A stretch of DNA of 64,000 bases from Octopus vulgaris. Lineage: Eukaryota. A model generated the notes under the pieces. That model made no database searches and was not told the origin of the DNA. It worked only from the letters and a program-made list of their open reading frames with translations. This document shows positions 53,561 to 64,000 of this stretch, in pieces; position 1 is the first letter of the stretch, and each line of letters starts with the position of its first letter. The stretch spans positions 11,656,001 to 11,720,000 of the forward strand of contig OX597824.1 of the NCBI GenBank assembly GCA_951406725.2, in the 5' to 3' direction. The translations under genes and the position numbers were made by a program.

Positions 53561-54850
53561 GGTGGAATGATTAAATGTGGAGAACAAGCGGTATTAGTGG
53601 GAGGAAGTAGGAGGCTTGGTGGTGGGGTGTGGGAAGTGTTGAAGTGGGGGTGGGGGATGTGTGAAAGGAAATAAGAGAGTCAGTTCAAGAAAGTGAAGTG
53701 GGATTAACCATCAGGGAATTGAGAGAGATTGTAGTAGATGTGGAGAGTTGGAAGAGGAGTGGAAGGGTCGGGATGGGTAGTAATTGAAGGATGGTTAGTT
53801 GTTGTTGGGTAGTTGTTGTTGTTGTCGTTGTTAAGTAACAAGATGGGTAAGTGTGATTAGGTGATGGTCTAGGGCTTAGGGGCGGGAGACCCCAGACTTT
53901 GAAAAAAAAATCAAACTTTGGTCGTTTGTTGTAGTCGAGGGCTCTTCGTTGACGCCCAAGACCACTGGGAGGTGTCCCACGAAGTCGCTGGAAATGGAAC
54001 TCTCCAGGTCCAGATTTTTGGACGGCTGTTGTTGGGTTTGTGGATAGATGTCAGAATTTAAGGATAATGACTATAGAAGTGTGAGAAGGTGAGACAGTGA
54101 GAAAGGGGAGGGCAATTATTTGAAGGAGAAAAAAGGGTCTAATTCATAGTTGCTTATAGGGTGGCTAAGGGAGGGAGGGTTTCAAAGAAAGAAGTTAGGT
54201 TGGCTGTGAAGGGGGATTACTAAGGTATGTAGAAAGACGGGAGAAAAGATAGACCCTTTCATTCAGACATGGAGCATTCATCCATAGAACCTTTGCAGAC
54301 AAAGCAATGTGGCCAAGTGCAGCTCCTTAGCTTGCCAGCTCCTGTCAAACTGTGAAACCCCTTACGAGCATGGAAGATAGATCTTAAATGATCATGATGT
54401 ACATACATACATACATACATATACACAAACACACACACACACACACACATACATACTCTCTCTCTTTACTCTTTTACCTGTTTCAGTCACTGGACTGTGG
54501 CCATGCTGGAGCACCGCCTTTAGCCGAGCAAATCGATGCCAGGACTTATTCTTTGTAAGCCTAATACTTATTCTATTGATCTCTATTGCCGAACCGCTAA
54601 GTTACGGGGATGTAAACAAACCAGCATCTGTTGTCAAGCGATGTTGGGGGGGGGGGGACAAACACAGACACAAATATATACACACACGTAAAAATATATA
54701 TACATATATACGACAGGCTTCTTTCAGTTTCCGTCTACCAAATCCACTCACTAGTCTTTTGTCGGGCCGAGGCTATAGTTGAAGACACTTGCCCAAGGTG
54801 CCACACAGTGGGACTGAACCCGGAACCATGTGGTTCATAAGCAAGCTACT

Positions 54851-54893
<43 letters not shown>

Positions 54894-55804
54894 CATACAC
54901 ACACACACACACAGAGGGTGTGGGGAATAAACTGCTGTCTAAATTATGCAAAAATGAAAATGACACTGACATCTCATTTTAAGATATATTCACTAAAATT
55001 ATATTAAAATATTTTGAAATACTAAAGAGTAAATTTATTCAACAAAATCGGTGTTGGCTCCAACCAGGGCCTCCAGACAACTTTGGAATCTCCTGCTCGT
55101 CTGGACAGTCTCCTGGTTTAAGGTCATGAATGCTGCCATAATCCTTGCCGTCACTTCATCTTTGGTGTTACAAATATAAAAGGTGATAATTTACCCATCG
55201 TACCCTATATATATATATATAGTTAATCCATATATGAAGAGAAAACACAACGAATCAAGCACGTGGAACAAGTTTAGTGCTATTGGACGCTCAGGAAAGG
55301 AAAGAAAGAAGGAGGATTTAACATTTCGAGTGGAGCTCTTCGTCAGAAACATAGGAGAAGGAAAGGTCAAAGGAAGGGAAGACGGAAGAAAAAATCGCCA
55401 ACGATACACACACGGTCACATATTGAAAATGTATATATATATATATATACATATATATTATATATACATATATACATACATGAGAGGTATTGGTATCTAG
55501 AAGGCCCAAAGAGTGGCAGGTAATGCTAGGTAATTGGTATGGACCGACTGTAGTTAAAGTCTTGAGGAGTTTAATGTGGGTCTTGTATTAGCATTCATAT
55601 ATATATATATTAGACAAAATGAGACGACAAAACCAAGGCTGTGAGGAGTTTTCAGGACTTTTGTCCTGAAATACATGAAATATATAAAAAAATTAGTTAG
55701 ATATGTAAACAACAAGAAAAAAAAGATGGAAACAGAACAAATAAAAACAGAGAAAGGACCCTTCATCAGTTGTTAGCTGTCTTATCTACTCTTCATTTTG
55801 AGCA

Positions 55805-55976
<172 letters not shown>

Positions 55977-56967
55977 TGGCACGTAAAAAGCACCCACTAC
56001 ACTCGCGGAGTGGTTGGCGTTAGGAAGGGCATCCAGCTGTAGAAACACTGCCAGACCAGACTGCAGCCTGGGGCAGCCCCTGGCTCCCCAGACCCCGGTC
56101 GAAACCGTCCAACCCGTGCTAGCGCGGAAAACGGACGTTAAACGATGATGATGATGATATATATGACAAAAGCGTGAGACCTCTGAGATATGCTGTGACT
56201 GCGAAGACCCGACAAATGTAGTGAGTCCATGGCTCGCAGGATGGCCTGCTGTGATAACCTTGGATCGTAGAGTGACCCATTGTGCTTGAGGAGACCTATT
56301 GAGTCAAGTACGTTAATACCAACATCAAATGGAAATTGTAGTTATGATGCCTGTGCCGGTGGCACCTAAAAAGCACCCGCCATACGTGGCTGATGCCAGT
56401 GCCACCTGACTGGCGTCCGTGTTGGTGACGCATAAAAATCACCAACAGATCGTGGCCATTGCCAGCCTCCTCTAGCCCTGTGCTGGTGGCATGTAAAAAG
56501 CACTCACTACACTCACGGAGTGGTTGGCATTAGGAAGGGCATCCAGCCGTAGAAACGCTGCCAGATCAGACTGGAGCCTGGCACAGCCTCCTGGCTTCCC
56601 AGACGCCGGTCAAGCCATCCAACCCATGCTAGCATGGAAGGCGGACGTTAAACGATGATGATGATTAATATATATATATATATATAAATGTATGTATATA
56701 CACACACACACACATATACATACACATCACAAACACTCACATACATATGTATGTACACACCATCACATGCTTTAATGATGCTATATATTTGATTAAAATA
56801 ACACAAATCTAAATAATTCCGTCTTTATGCCATTCAAGCATTGAGTAATTTGTCTTAAATTGTGTTTATTTTTCCCATTAATTTTGATAGAAAGAGAACA
56901 ATGACAAGTGTTTGTGTGTATGTATATATGTATGGATATAACTATGTATTTATGTGTGCATGTCTGT

Positions 56968-57978
56968 ATTTACATTAATGACATCAATGACATCATCAAG
57001 CACAGCAACATAAAAATTTTTGCAGATGATTCCAAGCTACAGAAGGTCATAAATGAGGTGAGTGACCGGAAATGCCTTCAGTCAGATCTACTGGCTGTTA
57101 TCCAATGGGCAGAAAAAAACAATATGCTGCTGAACGAGGATAAATTTGAGTTAATCCACTTTGGAAAAGAGGATGCCCTGAAACTCCCATACTCCCTTCC
57201 TTCAGGTGAAACTCTCGCGGCGTCCAACAACATCAGAGACTTGGGAGTAATTGTGGACAACAACATAAGCTGGGCCACTCATATAAACACCAAAGTTGAC
57301 ATGGCCCGCAGAATGTGTTCCTGGATTCTCAGAACTTTCCAGTCGAGAGATATCCACACCATTATCCTTCTCTTCTCCACTTTTGCCCGACCCCACCTTG
57401 AATACTGTTGTCCACTGTGGTCTCCCCACACAATACAAAGTATCATAAAAGTTGAAGCACCTCAAAGGGCAATCACAAGAAAGATAGATGGCATGACAGG
57501 CCTCGACTATTGGGGTCGACTAGAAAAGCTAAAACTTTATTCTCTCCAACGTTGTCGTGAGTGCTACATCATCTGCATGATGTGGAAAATATTCCATCAG
57601 CATTGCCCAAATGATGTTGGCATCACCTTTAAGGTACATCCAAGGCTTGGGCCCCGTGCCATCCGCCCAAAACAAAAATCGCACTCTCATCTCATAACAA
57701 CAATACGGCACAATTATTTCACCTCAATTGGCCCGCTCTCTTTAACATTACACCAAAACACATTAAAACAGAAACTGACCCTATAGGGTTCAAGAAGTCT
57801 TTGGACAGATTCCTTCAAGAAATCCCGGATAACCCCCCTACACCCGGATATGTCTCTGTAAACAATAACTCTCTACTTGAGTGGGCCATAGTGCCCAAAT
57901 TCTGACTTGAAAGACTTCACCAGGTGGTGCTATTAAGTTAGACATGGCCTGGGCCAATAATGGCCGAAACCTATCAAA

Positions 57979-57981
<3 letters not shown>
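56968..57981 (+). mobile_element. 5'-truncated CR1-type LINE copy
   Basis: YINDI...IFADDSKL...RPHLEYC; ~8 differences by eye from the 61229-62240 copy, including a 1-bp deletion near 57733. Confidence 0.92.
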
Positions 57982-58025
<44 letters not shown>

Positions 58026-58089
58026 CACACACACATACATACATACATACATACATATGTACATATATAAATATATATGTATGTATGTA

Positions 58090-58130
<41 letters not shown>

Positions 58131-58216
58131 ACTTTATTTGTTTCACAGATAAAGACTTGTTGTTAATCAATGAAGTTTTGCACACTCATACTCATTGTTT
58201 GATATTTACGCATATA

Positions 58217-58279
<63 letters not shown>

Positions 58280-58285
<6 letters not shown>

Positions 58286-59163
58286 ACAAAGGGTCTCTCG
58301 CTCAGAGTGAAAGGTAGATTGTATGATGCATGTGTGCGAACTGCCATACTTCACGGCAGTGAGACATGGGCCGTGACTGCTGAAGACATGCATAGACTCG
58401 GAAGTAAGTGCCCTGAGAGAAATGTTAGACATAAGAAGCATTGGATGTGGCATGCAAGACAGACGTTTGTGCTGGTATGGTTATATACTATTGCTGGATG
58501 AGGAGAGATGTGTGAAGAAGTGCCACTCCCAAACAGTGGAAGGAATCCAGGGTAGAGGTAGACCCAGGAAGACATGGGATGAGGTGGTGAAGCATGACCT
58601 TCAAACGTTGAGCCTCACAGAGGCAATGACAAAAGACTGAGATCTCTGGAGATATGCTGTGACTGAGAAGACCCGGCAAATAAAGTGAGATCACAGCTGT
58701 AACCTACACCAGTGTCGCATAACCAACCCACCCAAAAGTACCTTGGATCGTAGGGCAACACGCCATGATTGAGGGGACTTATTGAGTGAAGTACATCAAC
58801 ATTAACATCAATATCAAAATCAAATCAAATGGAAATTGTAGTTGTGAGCCCTGTGCTGGTAGCATGTAAAATGCACCATCCAAACGTGACCGATGCCAGT
58901 GCCGCTTCGACTGGCTTCTGTGCCGGTGGCATGTAAAAAGCACCATCCGATCGTGGTCGATGCCAGCTCCTCTGGCCCCTGTGCCAATGGCACGTAAAAA
59001 GCACCCACTACACTCTCTGAGTGGATGGTGTTAGGAAGGGCATTAAGCTGTAAAAACACTACCAGATCAGATTGGGGCCTGGTGCAGCCTTCTGGCTTCC
59101 AAGACCCCAGTCGAACCATCCAACCCATGCCAGCATTGAAAACGGACGTTAAACGATGATGAT
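58280..59163 (+). mobile_element. 5'-truncated RTE LINE with 3'UTR and (GAT)n tail
   Basis: MTKGLSLRVKGRLYDACVRTAILHGSETW...GRGRPRKTWDEVVKHDL; tail ggacgttaaacgatgatgat. Confidence 0.85.
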
Positions 59164-59362
59164 ATATATATATCTTCTTCCTTTTCTATTGGACTTTCCT
59201 CTGTTTCTGAAGAAGAGCTTTGCTCAAAATGTTAAACCATCTTTCCTGCCTTCCGTGCGCATCTGCTAATACTTTACATGTACCACATCCTCGCTTTGTT
59301 GTTTTTTTGTGTTTGTTTTCTTATTTTTGGGGGATTTACCATACATATAAATATATACATAC

Positions 59363-59439
<77 letters not shown>

Positions 59440-59604
59440 TACATACATATATCATCATCATCATCATCATCATCATCGTTTAACGTCCGCTTTCCATGCT
59501 AGCATGGGTTGGACGGTTCAACTGGGGTCTGGCAAGCCCGAAGGCTGCACCAGGCCAGTCAGATCTGGCAGTGTTTCTACAGCTGGATGCCCTTCCTAAC
59601 GCCA

Positions 59605-59671
<67 letters not shown>

Positions 59672-59694
59672 CATATATATATATACATACATAT

Positions 59695-59729
<35 letters not shown>

Positions 59730-59852
59730 AACCTTTACATAAATAAATAACGTGAAATACACGAAGGGACGAACATAAAAGACAAACGGGTCATTCAAAG
59801 CCTTCGTTCTTCAGTCAGAAACCGATTCCTCATCGCAGATTTCGGCTGTTTA

Positions 59853-59890
<38 letters not shown>

Positions 59891-60304
59891 GTATATATAT
59901 ACATACTACCTACATATGTATGCTAGCATCAATAGTGTCTTCTATTTACATATATAGTATCATTAAAACAATGTTTCCCATTCACATTTCCAGAAATAGC
60001 CTTGTCAGCACACCCACAAGTTTATTCCTTGTTTGGAATTGATCTTCTCCAGTCCTTTCTTCCCACATAGTATCATCCTTAAACAGGAAAAAAAAAAATG
60101 AACAATTTAGGAAATATGCTAAATATTTGCTTGTAAACATAAAAAAAGATGTAGGGTAAAAATAGTACAGTATTTGATACAGTTTTCATTTATATTTCGT
60201 ACACTTTATGATCTAATTAGAAAGATTATGAAATGTTTTGTGATCAGCTGAGGTTTATTGTGTGTCAAATAAAGGGAAATGGCATGTCTACTGAAAGAAT
60301 TTGT

Positions 60305-60530
60305 GTGTGTGTATGTATGTATGTATGTATGTATGATGTATGTATGTATGTATGTATGATGTATGTATGTATGTTAGTGTGTATGATGTGTGTATGGATA
60401 TGTGTGTTTGTGTATATGTATATGTATGTCTGTATGTATATATATGTGTTATTTACATGTATGTATGTATGTATGTATGTATGTATGTATGTTAGTATGT
60501 ATGTATGTATGTCATTTACATGTATGTATG

Positions 60531-60561
<31 letters not shown>

Positions 60562-60957
60562 GTATGTTAGTATGTATGTATGTGTGTGTATGTATATGTA
60601 TGTCTGTATGTTATATGTATGCATGTCATTTACATGTATGTATGTATGTATGTATGTATGTATGTGTGTGTATGTATATGTGTGTCTGTATGTTATATGT
60701 ATGTATGTCATTTACATGTATGTATGTATTATGTAAGTATGTATGTATGTATGTATGTATGTATGTATGTATGTGTGTATGGATATGTGTGTTTGTGTAT
60801 ATGTATATGTATGTCTGTATGTTATATGTATGCATGTCATTTACATGTATGTATGTATGTATGTATGTATGTATGTATGTATGTATGTATGTATGTTAGT
60901 ATGTATGTATGTGTATGTATATGTGTGTTTGTGTATATGTTTATGTATGTCTGTATC
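60305..60957. repeat. Compound (TATG)n microsatellite
   Basis: Long imperfect tatg/tg tract directly preceding the CR1 copy. Confidence 0.9.
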
Positions 60958-62250
60958 ACTTTGATGACATTTTGAGAGCTTTGGGAGAGGGCTCCAACAC
61001 CGATGTCATCTACCTTGATTTCAGTAAGGCCTTCGACAGGGTCGATCACAAGATCCTATTGAAAAAACTATCCAACATTGGTGTCTCTGGAAAGTTACTG
61101 AAATGGATCAAGTGTTTCCTGACAGACAGATCTCAACATGTTGTAGTTGAAGGGGTAAAATCAAGCCCAGCCAAAGTCAGTAGTGGCGTTCCGCAAGGCA
61201 CTGTGCTGGGCCCACTTCTTTTCATCATCTACATTAATGACATCAATGACATCATCAAGCACAGCAACATAAAAATCTTTGCAGATGATTCCAAGCTACA
61301 GAAGGTCATAAATGAGGAGAGTGACCGGACATGCCTTCAGTCAGATCTACTGGCTGTTATCCAATGGGCAGAAAAAAACAATATGCTGCTGAACGAGGAT
61401 AAATTTGAGTTAATCCACTTTGGAAAAGAGGATGCCCTGAAACTCCCATACTCCCTTCCTTCAGGTGAAACTCTCGCGGCATCCAACAACATCAGAGACT
61501 TGGGAGTAATTGTGGACAACAACATAAGCTGGGCCACTCATATAAACACCAAAGTTGACATGGCCCGCAGAATGTGTTCCTGGATTCTCAGAACTTTCCA
61601 GTCGAGAGATATCCACACCATTATCCTTCTCTTCTCCACTTTTGCCCGACCCCACCTTGAATACTGTTGTCCACTGTGGTCTCCCCACACAATACAAAGT
61701 ATCATAAAAGTTGAAGCACCTCAAAGGGCAATCACAAGAAAGATAGATGGCATGACAGGCCTCGACTATTGGGGTCGACTAGAAAAGCTAAAACTTTATT
61801 CTCTCCAACGTCGTCGTGAGCGCTACATCATCTGCATGATGTGGAAAATATTCCATCAGCATTGCCCAAATGATGTTGGCATCACCTTTAAGGTACATCC
61901 AAGGCTTGGGCCCCGTGCCATCCGCCCAAAACAAAAATCGCACTCTCATCTCATAACAACAATACGGCACAATTATTTCACCTCAATTGGCCCCGCTCTC
62001 TTTAACATTACACCAAAACACATTAAAACAGAAACTGACCCTATAGGGTTCAAGAAGTCTTTGGACAGATTCCTTCAAGAAATCCCGGATAAACCCCCTA
62101 CACCCGGATATGTCTCTGTAAACAATAACTCTCTACTTGAGTGGGCCATAGTGCCCAAATTCTGACTTGAAAGACTTCACCAGGTGGTGCTATTAAGTTA
62201 GACATGGCCTGGGCCAATAATGGCCGAAACCTATCAAAGTATCAAAGTAT
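60958..62250 (+). mobile_element. 5'-truncated CR1-type LINE with uninterrupted RT frame
   Basis: YLDFSKAFDRVDH, SGVPQGTVLGPLLFIIYINDI, IFADDSKL; stop at 62165; tail tatcaaagtatcaaagtat. Confidence 0.95.
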
Positions 62251-62777
62251 GTATGTTATATGTTATTTACATGTATGTATGTATGTATGTATGTATGTAT
62301 GTATGTATGTATGTATGTATGTATGTGTTTGTATGTGTGTGTGTGAATGTAGGTTTGTATGTCTGTACCTATGTATGAATGTGTGTGTGTGTGCATGCTG
62401 AGGTATGTCCCCTTCTATTTTTAATTATTTAAAGTGTTTCTGTAAGGAAAGAACAGGTCTCTAGCAAACATAAAACTCCATTATTGGATAATAAAACAAA
62501 TTCACGTTTTCAAATTCAGAAAAGTCTCGTATATTTTTGCTGTTCCGCCTACAGATTGTATTCATAATGTGTGTGTTAGTTCAATTTCTTTTTCTGAAAA
62601 CCCTAGCTCTTCCATATTGTCAGTTAGGTACTTACTTCCATATGCATGTATGTATGTATGTATGTATGTATGTATGTATGTATGTATGTATGAATGTATG
62701 TATGTATGTATGTACAAGTGTGTATGTGTATGTGTGTTTGTGTGTGAGTGTGTGTGTGTCTGTTCACACATTCACAA

Positions 62778-62849
<72 letters not shown>

Positions 62850-62851
<2 letters not shown>

Positions 62852-64000
62852 CATCATCATCATCATCATCATCGTTTAACGTCCGTTCTCCATGCTAGCA
62901 TGGGTTGGATGGTTCGACTGGGGATCTGGAAATCCAGAAGGCTGCACCAGGCTCCAGTCTTATCTGGCAGTGTTTCTACAGCTGGATGCCCTTCCTAACG
63001 CCAACCACTCCGTGAGTGTAGTGGGTGCTTTTTACGTGCCACCTGCACAGGTGCCAGGCGAGGCTGGCAACAGCCACGGTCGGATTGGTGTATTTTATGT
63101 GCCACCGGCACGGAAGCCAGACGAGGCGGTGCTGGCATCGGCCACGAGTCGGATAGTGCTTTTTACGTACCACCAGACCAGGGATCCTGGCTGGTTCAAT
63201 TCGATTTCGATTTCGCTTGCCCAAACATGTCTTCGCAAGCAATGGGGGTTGGCATGGGTGCCTGTCATCGGATGAGGTTCTATATCGACTTCGCTTGCCT
63301 CAACAGGTCTTTGTGTCCAAGGGAGGAAAGGCATTCATAAGTTGGCTGGGCTCACTTGTCCTGCCTGGTCTTCTCACGTACAGAATATTTCCAAAGGTCT
63401 CGGTCGCTAGTCATTTCCTCAGTGAGGCCTAAAGTTCGAAGGTCGTGCTTCACCACCTCGTCCCAGGTTTTCCTGGGTCTACCTCTTCCACGGGTTCCCT
63501 CAACTGCTAAGGATTGGCACTTTCTCACACACCTATCTTCATCCATTCTCGCCACATGACCATACCAGCGCAATCGTCTCTCTTGCACACCACAACTGAT
63601 GCCTCTTAGGTACAACATTTCTCTCAAGGTGCTAACGCTCTGTCGAGTATGTACACTGACATTACACATCCATCGGAGCATACTGGCTTCATTCCTCACG
63701 AGCTTACGCATGTCCTCGGCAGTCACGGCCCATGTTTCACTGCCATGTAGCATGGCTGTTCGTACACACGCATCATACAGTCTGCCTTTTACTCTGAGCG
63801 AGAGGCCTTTAGTCACCAGCAGAGGTAAGAGCTCCCTAAACTTTGCCCAGGCTATTCTTATTCTAGCAGTTACACTTTCAGCGCACCCACCCCCACTACT
63901 GACTTGGTCACCTAGATAACGGAAGCTATCAACTACTTCTAGTTTTTCCCCTTGGAAAGTGACTGAAGTTATTTTCTGCAGATTTTCGGAGGTTAATGCT
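62850..64000 (-). mobile_element. RTE-clade LINE 3' part (runs off window)
   Basis: ORF 63352-63816 LHGSETW...RRLRWYGHVARM...GRGRPRKTW; 3'UTR with gccggtggcacgtaaaaagcacc repeats and (GAT)n tail. The 3'UTR recurs as short pieces near 2466, 3368, 7468, 8068, 8560, 9800, 12640, 19930, 23130, 30630, 32400, 35990, 37360, 55974, 56340 and 59450. Confidence 0.9.

Overview
AT-rich, repeat-dense animal genomic DNA; the SINE/LINE families and abundant (TA)n/(TATG)n microsatellites suggest a cephalopod such as Octopus (inference). Two spliced genes are supported. One is the last two coding exons of DPY30 (+ strand, 5449-5594 and 7828-7894). The other is a complete 4-exon, 199-aa Arf-like GTPase (- strand, 48984-36435) with non-canonical switch motifs (WEVGGH instead of WDVGGQ), a myristoyl/palmitoyl-type N-terminus and a polybasic tail. 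The rest is mobile DNA: RTE, CR1 and R4/Dong LINE pieces, a Naiad-type Penelope-like element with an internal inversion, tRNA-derived SINEs (some inserted as multimers), mariner/Tc1, piggyBac-, hAT- and Merlin-like MITEs, Helitron ends and minisatellites. The most notable hidden signal is about 13 hammerhead-ribozyme motifs in at least four sequence families, carried on Penelope-type termini that often form inverted pairs and sit in (TA)n tracts. A cluster of RFX X-box-like motifs lies upstream of the DPY30 exons. Most ORFs in the supplied track are microsatellite or repeat artefacts. All structures were read by eye; nothing was computed or searched.
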